IMG/VR virus record: IMGVR_UViG_3300024310_000021
Coordinates: 1 to 32,718 of that record
Reading direction: 5' to 3' (one strand)
DNA length: 32,718 bases
Source of the DNA: a virus
Taxonomy: Duplodnaviria; Caudoviricetes
Position numbers and translations under genes: made by a program. Below are positions 1 to 9,339 of this stretch, one piece after another. The notes beneath the pieces are model-generated. The model worked only from the letters and a program-made list of their open reading frames with translations, made no database searches and was not told the DNA's origin. Numbering within the stretch: position 1 is the first letter of the stretch; each line of letters opens with the position of its first letter.

Positions 1-726
1 GGAGCCGGTCTTCTGAGGCAGCGGTCGCACCGCGAGGACGGTCGCGACGCCATTGCCGTGCGTGGGGTTCGAGACCGCCCAGGTGCCGACGTTCTCGGAC
101 GAGGCGTTGAGCTGCCTGAACGCTACGCCGGCGGTGACGTTCCCGATCGCGTCCGCGGCGCGAGCAACGATCAACTGGCCGGTGTAGTTCGTCGGCGGTG
201 TGTCAAGAGTCGGCGGGCTGCCCGTAAGGGTCGTCTCACTGAAGCCGCCGACCGCGATCCAAAGCGTGTCCTCCGCCGCCCAGTTAGCTGGGTCAAGCGC
301 TCCCGGGTCGGCCATCGCGTTGGTCGCACGCACCGTGGCCAGAACCGCGGGCACGTCCGTCCATTGCCCGGCCGGGATGCGCATGAGGAACTGCGCCGAG
401 ATGAACGAGTGCGCGGAGGTGACCGTAAACGTGCCGGACTCTGAGCCGGTCGCGATCTTGTAGGCGACGCCGATCGCCATGTCGAGCGCGGTGACGGTCG
501 CGTCGTCGAGGAGCTCAGTGAAGGACGCGCCCCACGCGGAGAACTCAGCATTGGACGTCCCGCCCTGGTACTGGACGATGACCGCGATCAGTAGGTCTCC
601 CGCCTGCGGGCCGGCGCCGCCACGCAGCGACGTCAAGCTCGGGAAGGTGTGCGTCGTACCGGCGGTCGTCGTAGTCGACGAGAGGAGATCGCCGCTGGCG
701 ACGGTCGGTATGGTCGGGAAGGCCAC
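1..726 (-). CDS. Putative virion structural/decoration protein, partial (runs off the left edge)
   Basis: Not in the ORF track. GTG at 726, 3 nt after the stop of 730..1458, reads MAFPTIPTVASGDLLSSTTTTAGTTHTFPSL...AGDLLIAVIVQY...AYKIATGSESGTFTVT. It is Thr/Ser/Ala-rich, and the GDLLIA and YKIATGSE patterns resemble beta-rich phage structural proteins. Confidence 0.7.
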   Translation of the reverse strand, partial: MAFPTIPTVASGDLLSSTTTTAGTTHTFPSLTSLRGGAGPQAGDLLIAVIVQYQGGTSNAEFSAWGASFTELLDDATVTALDMAIGVAYKIATGSESGTFTVTSAHSFISAQFLMRIPAGQWTDVPAVLATVRATNAMADPGALDPANWAAEDTLWIAVGGFSETTLTGSPPTLDTPPTNYTGQLIVARAADAIGNVTAGVAFRQLNASSENVGTWAVSNPTHGNGVATVLAVRPLPQKTGS

Positions 727-729
727 GGC

Positions 730-1458
730 CTACGGCCCGATGATGCCGGCGCCGGTCTTGGTCAGGGAGGGACCCGCGCTCGGCTTGATCACGATGGCCT
801 GCAGGCTGCCGTCGTTGCTCGACTGGCTGATGGTAAAGCCCACCGTCTGGTTGCCAGTCGGGGTCGCGGTTCCCAGCCGCCCGTAGGTGCTGCGGAACAG
901 CCCGGACGCTGACGGATAGCTCGCGAAGGCCGCGGCGTTAGTCCAGGCGCCGCTAGACACCACGCCGGACTCAAAGCCCTCCATCCAGCCAAGGATCAGG
1001 TCGTCGGTTAGCGCCGTGAGCGACTTAGTTGAATGCAGCGCGTTGTCGGCAAAGGTGGCGCTCTGGATGCCGTCTGAGTCCCGGATAGCACTCGCGGTGG
1101 CGCACCCGCCGATGAAGGCGACGACCATGAGGATGCCGTCGGTCGGCGTATCAGTGAGACGCCAGTCCCAGGCGAGCGTGGCCGCGCCCGAGGCGATGCT
1201 GCCCTCCAGGAAGCCGATGCCGCCCTGGTGGCTCGCGCCCGAGGCATCGCCGCCGGCCGCGTAGGTGGGGATCGGCGTGCCGCGCAGCGTGAGCGCGTCG
1301 GGGGCCGAGAGGCAGGTCGCGTTCGGGAAGTACCCGCCGGTGAGAACCGCCACCCCCGTGCAGCTCGCCGGAACGGTGATCGAAGTCGAGCCGGTGTTGG
1401 CGTCTGTGACCCCGGCGCCGCTGATGTCAACAGCGCTGATGATTGAGGGAGCGGCCAC
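730..1458 (-). CDS. Hypothetical Ser/Thr/Ala/Gly-rich protein, putative virion structural protein (242 aa)
   Basis: Start overlaps the stop of 1458..2963; beta-strand-like composition (TSITVPAS, DDLILG); lies in the late operon. Confidence 0.65.
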   Translation of the reverse strand: MAAPSIISAVDISGAGVTDANTGSTSITVPASCTGVAVLTGGYFPNATCLSAPDALTLRGTPIPTYAAGGDASGASHQGGIGFLEGSIASGAATLAWDWRLTDTPTDGILMVVAFIGGCATASAIRDSDGIQSATFADNALHSTKSLTALTDDLILGWMEGFESGVVSSGAWTNAAAFASYPSASGLFRSTYGRLGTATPTGNQTVGFTISQSSNDGSLQAIVIKPSAGPSLTKTGAGIIGP

Positions 1459-2963
1459 TAGCGGATGCCCATGTCCCCGCCGTCGGAGGCCGCGCCCGCG
1501 CCGGGCGAGCCGGGTACGAGGTACCAGTTGGCGTAAGCCGAAGTGCTGCCGCCGCCTACGAAGACCGGGGTGCCCGTGATCTCTCCCGTCCCGGAGAGGC
1601 CGCTGTTGAGGTTGTGGTCGTGCGTACCCCAGTTGGCTCCGGAGCTATCGGTGATGCCGTTGCCCGCGTCCGTGAACACGTTGTCGCGGACGAGGTTGCC
1701 CGACGGGTTGGCGCCGACGTTGAAGTAGAAGTGCAGCCCGCCCCCGCCCGCGAAGGTGTTGTGGAGGAAGCTGTCGTTGAGCTGAGCGCCCGCTTGGATC
1801 GACCACGGGTAGACGCAGGAGCAGACGAAGACGTTGTCCTCGACCAGCGAGTTGTGCGAACCGGGGTCGAGCATCGAGACGCCGCCGGCTGAAGTCCCGT
1901 TGTCGAAGAAATAGTTGCCCTTGAGGTGCGAGAACGGGGCACCGTAGAGCTGGACGCCGCCGATGTGAACGCCGGTGGTCGAGTCGCACGTGCTCTGGTC
2001 GGGCATGTGCGCGAACTCGTTGTTCAGCACCTGCGTGCCGTAGGCGCCTCCGAGGATCTGGATGCCCTTAGAGCAGCCGCCGTCGAAGGTGCTGTTCGAG
2101 ATCGTAATTCCCTGGTCACTGCTCGGCCCTAGGTCGAGCGCCTGCACGTTGATCTTCCCCTCTCCCGCGCCGCCTGGCCCGACGTTGTTCAGGTTCGCGT
2201 GGTCGACCTTGATCGCCATGGCCGCGCAGCGCGGAAGGATGTCGAGCGCGGAGGTGAAGCGGAGGTAGTCGAACGTGAGATTGCTGGAACAGTTCGGGCG
2301 CGTGTCAAACTGGTCGATCACGCCTCCGCCTACGCTCAGCGAGCCGCTGCCACCGGTGAAGTGAAGGTGGGTGACGTGCTGCAGGTTCATGGAACCGATG
2401 CTAGCGCTGGCGCTGCCGGCGGGAACAATCGTCACGTCGGCGCTCTTGGTCACGTTCGTCAGTGTCAGGTTGCCGTAGCTCCCGGAGCTCAAGCAGATGG
2501 TATCCCCACCCGCCGCAGACTGGATTGCGGCCGCAAGACCGGAGCTAATCGTCGTCGTGCATCCGGGAGGTGGTGGAGGCGGAGGCGGTGGAGGCGGAGG
2601 CGGAGGCGGAGGCGGGGGCGGGGGCGGAGGGGCGGTGGTCGTACCTCCCGTCGTATCAGTCCCACTCGTCTCGGTGACCGTGACTGTCTGGTCGGTCGCC
2701 GTCACGCAAGCCGTCTCCGTGTCCGAGGAGCCCGGCACCGTGACGCCCGGTACCACGGCGCCCGGGACGGTCGAGACCGGCGAGGTGTAAATCTTGATAG
2801 TCGTACGCGGAGTCGTCACCGCGGGCGTAGTAACGCCCGGAGCGGTGGCGGTGGCCGTTACGCACGCAGTGTGCGTCCCCGGCGCGTCGACAGCGAACGT
2901 CTCAACTACGAATCCCGTCGCAGCCAAGACCGCAAACCCGAGTACGAACAGAAGCCTCTTCAT
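1458..2963 (-). CDS. Secreted right-handed parallel beta-helix (pectate-lyase-like fold) protein with Thr-rich and poly-Pro linker (501 aa)
   Basis: SD GGGGAGG; signal peptide MKRLLFVLGFAVLAATGFVVETFA; 22 consecutive Pro; 'LAAAIQSAAGGDTICLSSGSY' beta-helix cap; Asn-ladder repeats (ISNSTF, LNNEF, KGNYF, EDNVF, HNTF, RDNVF); C-terminal 'YLVPGSPGAGAASDGGDMG'. Confidence 0.85.
   Translation of the reverse strand: MKRLLFVLGFAVLAATGFVVETFAVDAPGTHTACVTATATAPGVTTPAVTTPRTTIKIYTSPVSTVPGAVVPGVTVPGSSDTETACVTATDQTVTVTETSGTDTTGGTTTAPPPPPPPPPPPPPPPPPPPPPPGCTTTISSGLAAAIQSAAGGDTICLSSGSYGNLTLTNVTKSADVTIVPAGSASASIGSMNLQHVTHLHFTGGSGSLSVGGGVIDQFDTRPNCSSNLTFDYLRFTSALDILPRCAAMAIKVDHANLNNVGPGGAGEGKINVQALDLGPSSDQGITISNSTFDGGCSKGIQILGGAYGTQVLNNEFAHMPDQSTCDSTTGVHIGGVQLYGAPFSHLKGNYFFDNGTSAGGVSMLDPGSHNSLVEDNVFVCSCVYPWSIQAGAQLNDSFLHNTFAGGGGLHFYFNVGANPSGNLVRDNVFTDAGNGITDSSGANWGTHDHNLNSGLSGTGEITGTPVFVGGGSTSAYANWYLVPGSPGAGAASDGGDMGIR
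2565..2630 (-). repeat. CCN codon run encoding 22 consecutive prolines
   Basis: (NGG)22 on the + strand with mixed first positions, in frame in 1458..2963. Confidence 0.95.
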
Positions 2964-2974
2964 CTCTGCCTCCC

Positions 2975-4486
2975 CTAGCTAGTAAGCAGCAGAGCCCAGT
3001 CGTGGTCTCCGGCGCTGTTGGCAGCGCCGTTCCCTGCCGTAATGCTGGCCGCGCCACTGGCGTTGGTAAAGGGCGACCCGGTGACGGTGGTGTAGGTGCC
3101 GTTGGTCGGGTCGTACCAGCGCGCGGTCGTCGAGCTGTTTGCCATCTTGCTGAAGTCGACCGTAAAGGTCTGGTCTCCGGAAGGACCCGGCGAGTAGATC
3201 AGCGCCAGCGTGCTGTCCGCGGACTTAGCCGCTGAGACGTAGGTGTTCGTCGAAATGCACGGGATCCCGGAGCAGGTGCTTGAGAAGGTTCCTCCGCCGC
3301 TCGTAATCAGCTGGCCGGCGCCGTTCGTTTGCGGCGCTAGAGTCCACCAGGCGATCGTCTTCAGGAGCGACGTTTGGTAGCCGAGCTGGGTGACCCCGGT
3401 CGTGTCGATCCCGTTGGGGTAGTTGGCGTTGGTCAGAGTCAGCCCGCAGTGGCAGCCGTAGAACTGGCCGGTGGCGCCGCTGGTCATCGTCCACCACTCC
3501 TGGAGACGACAGTTGCGGATCGTATTGCAGCCGTCCGTAGAGGGGTTCTGCTCCCCCTCGTAGTTCGACTCACCCATCACCGCCGGCAGCGTCGGCGTCT
3601 GCCCGTAGGCGTAGCGAATGTCCGCGTAGGCCGGCGTGTACGGGTATGCCCAATTCATTGTGAAGATGGACGTCCAGTCGTGGGTCGTATCGTCGAGCGA
3701 GGTGTAGCCGATAAAGTTGTAGACCGGAGTCGAGAACGAGAACGCACCGCTCATCGTCATCGGAGCGGAGGAGTCCGTCGACTTGATCCCGAGCGCGAGC
3801 TGGCGGACGAGGTTGTCGTCAGTCGAATTCTGGAAGCACTGATAGTCGTTCCCGAAGACCCAGACGACGTTGCCCAGATCGGCGAACTTGGTGCCGAGGT
3901 AGGCGCCGAAGTTGAACGCCTTGGTGGCCCCGTTGTTCTCGAGCGTGGTAATGAAGCTGCCGGCGTCGCAGTGCCCGGTCTCCATCGGGTTGAGGAACAT
4001 GGCGATGCCCGCGCTCTGAGCCGTGGCGGCGTAGCCGTGCGCCCGGTCGAAGTAGGTGTCGTTCGGCGTGGCCAGGTCGTAGTTGCTGAGACTGGTGCCG
4101 CTGGTAAACGGCTTCACGCCGTCGTAGGTAGTCGCGTCCGCGGCGCACGGCCCGGCGTAGGCGTCGCAAGGCAGCCACTCCCAGAGCGCGTTGAAGCCGT
4201 GAGCCGCGCGGTCGCTGACGAAGCTGTTCCAGTTGGTCGAGCTGAGGCTACCGAGGTTCGTCTGCGGCGAGTCCCCGACGAGCAGGAAAGGGGAGCCGTC
4301 AGCGGTCGTCAAGTAACGTCCGCTGGAGCTCACCTTCAGCGGAAAGGTGGCACCGCCGGTCTGCGTCGTTCGGTAGATCGCGGTGCCGCTGACTCCGACC
4401 GCCGCGGCAACGAGCACCGTCCCGAGCGCGCGATAGCCCCGGCGGCCGACGAGGAGCCAGCCAAGCCAGGGCAGCGCGGTGGTCAC
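2975..4486 (-). CDS. DUF4038/apiosidase (GH140)-like glycoside hydrolase with C-terminal putative collagen-binding domain and N-terminal hydrophobic anchor/signal (~503 aa)
   Basis: GTG at 4486 overlaps the upstream stop; 'LKVSSSGRYLTTADGSPFLLVGDS', 'RAAHGFN', 'NVVWVFGND', 'PAVMGESNYE', 'SGATGQFYG', 'ARWYDPTNG...DWALLL' match this family's usual pattern. Confidence 0.8.
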   Translation of the reverse strand: MTTALPWLGWLLVGRRGYRALGTVLVAAAVGVSGTAIYRTTQTGGATFPLKVSSSGRYLTTADGSPFLLVGDSPQTNLGSLSSTNWNSFVSDRAAHGFNALWEWLPCDAYAGPCAADATTYDGVKPFTSGTSLSNYDLATPNDTYFDRAHGYAATAQSAGIAMFLNPMETGHCDAGSFITTLENNGATKAFNFGAYLGTKFADLGNVVWVFGNDYQCFQNSTDDNLVRQLALGIKSTDSSAPMTMSGAFSFSTPVYNFIGYTSLDDTTHDWTSIFTMNWAYPYTPAYADIRYAYGQTPTLPAVMGESNYEGEQNPSTDGCNTIRNCRLQEWWTMTSGATGQFYGCHCGLTLTNANYPNGIDTTGVTQLGYQTSLLKTIAWWTLAPQTNGAGQLITSGGGTFSSTCSGIPCISTNTYVSAAKSADSTLALIYSPGPSGDQTFTVDFSKMANSSTTARWYDPTNGTYTTVTGSPFTNASGAASITAGNGAANSAGDHDWALLLTS

Positions 4487-4863
4487 ACGTACTTTCGATA
4501 GGAGACGTTGACCGCCGCCGTACCGGTGGTGGCCCGCATCTTCACGTTTGCCAGGTTGGTGAGCTCCGCCGCTCCGCCGGCGGGAACGAGTAGACCCGCC
4601 GTCGTCGAGGGGCTGGAGCCGTCCTCCCAATAACGGATGTCTCCTCCGCCCGTGTCGACGGTCATCAGCGCGTGGGTAGCTCCGGTCGGGACGGTCAGGG
4701 TCGAGTCGGATCCGGTCACTACCGAGAGGGTCTGGTTGCCGGCTAATACGGTGGGAGGAGTCGTCAGCACCGCGACTACCTGCGCGAAGATGTTGGACGC
4801 CAGCTCCTTTGCCCGCATCTTCACAGGCCCGGCTCCCGCGGTTACTGCAACGTCGTCAGCCAC
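4483..4863 (-). CDS. Hypothetical protein, putative virion structural protein (126 aa)
   Basis: GGGAG SD then GTG; beta-rich small domain (LTVPTGATHALMTV...IRYWEDGSSPSTTAGLL). Confidence 0.7.
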   Translation of the reverse strand: MADDVAVTAGAGPVKMRAKELASNIFAQVVAVLTTPPTVLAGNQTLSVVTGSDSTLTVPTGATHALMTVDTGGGDIRYWEDGSSPSTTAGLLVPAGGAAELTNLANVKMRATTGTAAVNVSYRKYV

Positions 4864-4875
4864 GGAGGCTCCCGG

Positions 4876-5301
4876 CTACTGGTTGTACTGAACGGTCGGC
4901 GTGACCTTGATCACGTCGTTCGACTGGATCGGCACCGCCGTCGTGTCGTCGAAGTTGGCGGCGAAGTAGAGGCTGCCGGTGCTGAGCGAGTTCGCCAAGA
5001 AGAACCCGTTGATGGTGCCCCACGACGCCGTGGCCGTGGTGAAGGTCACCTGGCCAGCCGCGGTCTTCCGTCCCGCCGTAGCCGCTGCCTGGGCGCCCCA
5101 CGACGCGGAGCTAATCGTCTGGCGGGCGTAGCCGCCGGAACCAGGCTCCGTGTAGCTGGCGCGCGTGTCCGTGTTGGTACCGACCGTGTTGGCAGTGAAG
5201 GTCGTAAACAGCCCCATCCACGTGTTGGCCGGCAGCGTGCCGTTTTTGGGGAAGAACCCCAAAACCTGATCCAGTCCCTCGTCGGGCCAAATCTCAGGCA
5301 T
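4876..5301 (-). CDS. Phage virion protein of the small tail-fibre/minor structural type (141 aa)
   Basis: SD TAAGGAG; 'WMGLFT...EPGSGGYARQTI...QVTFTTATASWGTINGFFL...GSLYF' is a recurrent pattern in phage morphogenesis genes. Confidence 0.75.
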   Translation of the reverse strand: MPEIWPDEGLDQVLGFFPKNGTLPANTWMGLFTTFTANTVGTNTDTRASYTEPGSGGYARQTISSASWGAQAAATAGRKTAAGQVTFTTATASWGTINGFFLANSLSTGSLYFAANFDDTTAVPIQSNDVIKVTPTVQYNQ

Positions 5302-5331
5302 GGTTGCTGCTCCTTACTGCTGGTCGTCGCG

Positions 5332-5547
5332 TCATCCGATTGGAAAGAGATTAGGGGGCGACGTGCCCTCTGCCCGACAGCCGGTACACAGCCACCGATC
5401 CTTACTCAAGAACAGGATCGAGCGCATGCGCCCGCAGCCGGAGCAGACGGTGATCAGCACCGGGTTGCCGTCCGCGCCTTCCAGCTCCTCGACGGGGTGC
5501 CCGCCGATCTCTCCGGGGTGCGGAACGTAGACGGGCCCGCTGCTCAC
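5332..5547 (-). CDS. Small zinc-ribbon protein (71 aa)
   Basis: GTGA-coupled to the upstream GT; CSGC-x15-CTGC. Confidence 0.65.
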   Translation of the reverse strand: MSSGPVYVPHPGEIGGHPVEELEGADGNPVLITVCSGCGRMRSILFLSKDRWLCTGCRAEGTSPPNLFPIG

Positions 5548-6383
5548 GTGCGACCGCCGTCGTGCACGGTGAAGTTGCCTTTCGGGTCTCCGTAGACGCC
5601 GTAGTGCTGCTGCGTGTCCCCGGGCTTCACTTCCTCCGTCCGGATCCCTCCGGGCATAAAGATCCGGTTGTCGCCCTGCCCCTGGAAGTCGAGGATGAGT
5701 CCCCATTCGCCGTCCACCTTGCGCGGCCAGGCGGCGAGGATGCCGAGGTGGCCGATGGCGTTGTCCACGTCGAGGTAGACCTTGAAGCCCTTCGCCCGCG
5801 CGCGCCGGCAGAACTCCATGTCCTCGTCGACGAACAGCCCGGTGCTGTTAGCGAACCACGGAGACCCGATCGCGTCGAAGACCTTCCGCCGGACCAGCAT
5901 CCCCGCGCTCCCGCACGCGACCACCTCGACGAGACCGTGCTGCGGAAGATCCTGAAACTGGACGGAGTGGTAGGCCGGGTGCGGCACCTCGTCGATCTTC
6001 ACCTGCGCGTCGAACGCCACCAGAGAGAACGGCGGACCGCGGCGGACGCACAGCGGCGCTACGATGTCGACCTGCTGCTCCTCCGGGACGTCGTACAGGT
6101 GGGTGAGCAGACGCATGATGATGTCGCGCGCGAAGGTGTGATCGTCCCCGATGATCCAGACCCAGTCGCTGGACTCCGGGAGACCGGCGATGCCCATGTT
6201 GAGGTTCTGGACGATGCTGGCCGAACGGTTGACGCTGATCTCCGTCCCGTCCGGCACGTCGAGCAAGATCATGTCATTAGTGAAGTGGTGGTAGCGCGCG
6301 TGGTCGTGGCACGGCAGCAGAACGGTGCCGGGCGGGTAGACGTTGCGCGCCGACGCCGACGCCGCTTCGAGCGTGCTGGTCAC
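5544..6383 (-). CDS. GT-A fold (GT2-like) glycosyltransferase (279 aa)
   Basis: GTGA-coupled start at 6383; 'DWVWIIGDDH' (DxD-like), 'ACGSAGMLVRRKVF', 'DEDMEFCRRARAKGFKVYLD...IGH'. Confidence 0.85.
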   Translation of the reverse strand: MTSTLEAASASARNVYPPGTVLLPCHDHARYHHFTNDMILLDVPDGTEISVNRSASIVQNLNMGIAGLPESSDWVWIIGDDHTFARDIIMRLLTHLYDVPEEQQVDIVAPLCVRRGPPFSLVAFDAQVKIDEVPHPAYHSVQFQDLPQHGLVEVVACGSAGMLVRRKVFDAIGSPWFANSTGLFVDEDMEFCRRARAKGFKVYLDVDNAIGHLGILAAWPRKVDGEWGLILDFQGQGDNRIFMPGGIRTEEVKPGDTQQHYGVYGDPKGNFTVHDGGRT

Positions 6384-6640
6384 AAGCTTGCCCCCAGTCG
6401 ATCTCCGATGAGCTCCTTGGCGGAGCCGAGCCTTGCGGTGAAGTCCGCGGTCGTACGCACTACGGCCGACGCGTCGCGCCACATCTGGAGTAGCTCGGCG
6501 CCGGCCCTGTCCGGCGGTTCGATCCCGGCCTCTTCGAGCGCCCCGCGATAGAGCGCCAGCTGCAGCTCCATCTTCGCTAGCTCGACGCGGTGCTCCTGGA
6601 TCATCGTCTCGACGATGCGGCCGTGCTCCTCGACGGTCAT
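6380..6640 (-). CDS. Hypothetical helical protein (86 aa)
   Basis: ATG at 6640 overlaps the upstream stop and its own stop overlaps the next start; MTVEEHGRIVETMIQEHRVELAKMELQLALYRGALEEAG. Confidence 0.7.
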   Translation of the reverse strand: MTVEEHGRIVETMIQEHRVELAKMELQLALYRGALEEAGIEPPDRAGAELLQMWRDASAVVRTTADFTARLGSAKELIGDRLGASL

Positions 6641-7821
6641 CCAACCAGCTCCCGCACGCGGCTGGCATACCGCTCGTAGTTGGCGTCGCACGCGGCCACC
6701 TTGGCCGGCGCGTCCGGAGGTCCGGACGTCACGCCGAGCAGGTGCTCTAGCCCGACCTTCACCTCGCGCAGCGTCATCCCGGCGGCGCGCGCGCGGAGGC
6801 AGAGATCGTTGTCGGAGAAGTAGGCGGGCTCCTGGAACGTCTCGTCGAAGCCGCCGATGCCGAGCAGCTCCATCCGGTAGCCGGCTAGGCACCAGCCGTC
6901 CAGGTACGGGTACTGCTCGCCGTCCACGTCGGCGTGACGGTCGTAGCGGATCTTGGCGCCGACTAGCACGCCCGGCTCGATCGCGCCGCGGATGGTCTCT
7001 AGCCAGTCCGGAGTCCGCATCCGGATGTCGTTGTTCAGGAACAGCACCGCGTCACTCTCCGCGTGGGTGAGGCCGGCGTTGCAGGCCGGGGAAAAGCCGC
7101 GGTTGTTACTGAAGCGCATCTCCGCGAAGGCCAGCGGCGGCTCGCTGCCGTTGTCGACTACGATCAGCTCGTCGGGCCGGCCGGCCTGCATTGCCACCGT
7201 GTAGTCGTAGACCAGCTCCGGATGGTTCATCCACGGAGTCACCACCGCGATCGAGACGTCGCTGGCGCGCTCCGGCGGGCGGACCAGCGCGATTAGATCC
7301 TCTCGCCACTCAGGTTCGCCCATCGCCGCGCAGCAGCCCGCGATGAAGGTGAAGTCTCCGCCGGGCTGATCGAGCGTCGGTGCGTGGGGCGTCCACTCTC
7401 CCAGCTTCTCCGGGTCATTTGGGACGAGGAACATCGGGGTGCCAACGTTGCCGAAGCGGAGCTCAGGGACGCGCCAGAGCATCCCGAACTCGGGGTGCGC
7501 CATCCGGAAGATCACCGGCCGGTCCGTAGCCACCTCCCGCATCAGGTCGATGGCTCCCTCCACGTAGACGTCGTCGTCATCGAGGAACGCAAGATGCGTA
7601 GAGGTGGCCGCCGCCATTCCGGCTGCCCTCGCGGTGTAGCCGTGGTCCCCTCCCACGACCGAGATCACCTTCACCGCGGGGTGGTCAGCCACCTCTAGCT
7701 CCTTCGTCTCCGCCGCCGCCTTGTCGACGACGATGACCAACTCGTCCGCCTGGCGCGCCGAGAGCGTTGCTTGGCGGAGACTCCGCCGGCCGATCGTCGG
7801 GATGATCACGGAAACGCTCAC
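6637..7821 (-). CDS. Tandem two-domain GT2 glycosyltransferase (394 aa)
   Basis: Domain 1: 'SVIIPTIGR...ELVIVVD...HLAFLDDDD...GGDF'. Domain 2: 'IAVVTPWMN...LIVVDNGS...NRGFSPACNAG...LFLNNDI...GGFDE...FSDNDLCLR'. GTGA start at 7821. Confidence 0.9.
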   Translation of the reverse strand: MSVSVIIPTIGRRSLRQATLSARQADELVIVVDKAAAETKELEVADHPAVKVISVVGGDHGYTARAAGMAAATSTHLAFLDDDDVYVEGAIDLMREVATDRPVIFRMAHPEFGMLWRVPELRFGNVGTPMFLVPNDPEKLGEWTPHAPTLDQPGGDFTFIAGCCAAMGEPEWREDLIALVRPPERASDVSIAVVTPWMNHPELVYDYTVAMQAGRPDELIVVDNGSEPPLAFAEMRFSNNRGFSPACNAGLTHAESDAVLFLNNDIRMRTPDWLETIRGAIEPGVLVGAKIRYDRHADVDGEQYPYLDGWCLAGYRMELLGIGGFDETFQEPAYFSDNDLCLRARAAGMTLREVKVGLEHLLGVTSGPPDAPAKVAACDANYERYASRVRELVG

Positions 7822-8285
7822 TGCCACCCCTCCACCGGACAGTTCAACCGCGCCGTGATGGCGTCTCTCCGCTCCGCTTCGTGGCCGTGCCATTCCACCA
7901 GGACTTTGTCCAGGTGGTCCGCGTCGCCGGTCTCCAGCAGGTACTCCAGCAGCTCGTACTCCGCCCCCTCACAGTCCAGCTTGAGGATCACCGGCTGGTT
8001 GCGCGCGGCCGCTCGCCGAACGATCAGCGCTAGGTCGAGCGTCGACACCGGCGGCCCGTTGCCGATCTTCGAGCACATGCCGTTCACGTCGAAGCCGACC
8101 TCGCCGATCTCCGTCCAGGCCGCGGCGCGAAGACGAATCACGCGCGTGTCGTTCACCCAGGTAGTCCCCGGCGTGGCGGCCGGGTCGATGCCGTAGAGCA
8201 GGGACGGCTTGAAGCGCTCGACCAGTTGGCGGACGGACTCGGCGCCCGGGTACTCCGCGCAGCCGACGTCGATCACGACGGTCAC
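7818..8285 (-). CDS. FkbM-family SAM methyltransferase (155 aa)
   Basis: 'VVIDVGC', 'LYGIDP', 'AAAW', 'ILKLDCEGAEYELL', 'VLVEWH'; GTGA start at 8285. Confidence 0.85.
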   Translation of the reverse strand: MTVVIDVGCAEYPGAESVRQLVERFKPSLLYGIDPAATPGTTWVNDTRVIRLRAAAWTEIGEVGFDVNGMCSKIGNGPPVSTLDLALIVRRAAARNQPVILKLDCEGAEYELLEYLLETGDADHLDKVLVEWHGHEAERRDAITARLNCPVEGWQ

Positions 8286-8827
8286 TGGAGCACTCCCACT
8301 AGAGACCCGGCGCGCCGGCGCATCTCGTCCTGCTCCGGGTAGTGCTCCGGCTCGTGGTACATCCGATCTGAGGCGGTGGCCCATGGCAGGTCGACGTGCC
8401 CAAGGTCTACCTCGTCCCAGCCGGTCAGGTGGGCGAAGGCCACGTCCGCCCAGCGGTGAAAGAATCGATCGAGGGGCCAGTAGTTCCAGTACGTCTTGAA
8501 CGCGTCGAACGGAAGGTCTCGCGGGAAGATCCCGCCCCAGGCCAGCCACGGGTGCTCGCCGGGAGGCACGTTGACGGTCAAGCCGTCTCCGTCGTACGAC
8601 TCGACCAGCTCAGCCGCCGGGCAGAGCGCGTCGTCGTCCTGCGTGTAGATGAACGGCGCCCGTACTTCCGAGATGGCCAGGTACCGGCCGAACACGGCGG
8701 CGTCCGCCGGGCGCACGCTGTTGTCCCAGACCGCGACCTGGCGGAACTTCGGCAGTGAATCGAGCACGGACTCCATCGAGACGTTGCCGCGGGTTACGAG
8801 CACGCAGGCTACCTGGCTCAGTTCCAC
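8282..8827 (-). CDS. Compact GT-A fold glycosyltransferase (~181 aa)
   Basis: 'VACVLVTRG', 'VAVWDNS', 'VFGRYLA', 'IYTQDDD', 'ADVAF'. Confidence 0.75.
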   Translation of the reverse strand: MELSQVACVLVTRGNVSMESVLDSLPKFRQVAVWDNSVRPADAAVFGRYLAISEVRAPFIYTQDDDALCPAAELVESYDGDGLTVNVPPGEHPWLAWGGIFPRDLPFDAFKTYWNYWPLDRFFHRWADVAFAHLTGWDEVDLGHVDLPWATASDRMYHEPEHYPEQDEMRRRAGSLVGVLQ

Positions 8828-9339
8828 ACGACCCCGATCCCGCCCCAAGGCTCCTCAACGCTCAGGTCGAGGATCTCTAGCGAGCGCCGGCCGCGGCGGA
8901 TCTCCTGCCAGAGCGCGCTGAGGTTGCCGTGCTCGTAGTCCCGAATGTCGTGCATCGCGAACAGTCCGCCCGGAGCGATCAGCGGTTCGTAGGCGGCCCA
9001 GTCCGCCTTCCCGGCCTCGTAGCGGTGATCCGCGTCGAGGAAGATCCAGTCGTACGGCCCGTGCTCAACCGCGGCGGCGATCACGCCTTGATCCTGGCTC
9101 TTGCCTTCGATCAGGTGCAGGTGAGTGCCAGCCACCGCCGCCCACGCCCTCCACAAATTTGCGCCGCGCATCTCATCGTCGACGACCGCCAGGCGGAGCG
9201 GAGAGAACGCCAGCCAGCGGCGCAGCGTCCCGCCCTCCCACGACCCGATCTCCAGCACGCGCTTAGGCCGGGCGCGCTCGCAGAGGTCGACCAGCCGATC
9301 CAGCTCCCACTCATGCTGCAAGGTCTCGACGTCGATCAC
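8818..9339 (-). CDS. Class I SAM O-methyltransferase (Methyltransf_24-like, 173 aa)
   Basis: 'VLEIGSWEGGT', 'YDWIFLDADHRYE', 'PGGLFAMHD', 'WGGIGVV'; GTGA start at 9339. Confidence 0.88.
   Translation of the reverse strand: MIDVETLQHEWELDRLVDLCERARPKRVLEIGSWEGGTLRRWLAFSPLRLAVVDDEMRGANLWRAWAAVAGTHLHLIEGKSQDQGVIAAAVEHGPYDWIFLDADHRYEAGKADWAAYEPLIAPGGLFAMHDIRDYEHGNLSALWQEIRRGRRSLEILDLSVEEPWGGIGVVWN

Noticed and set aside
2497-2790. Plus-strand poly-Gly ORF
   Set aside because: It is the reverse complement of the poly-Pro linker.
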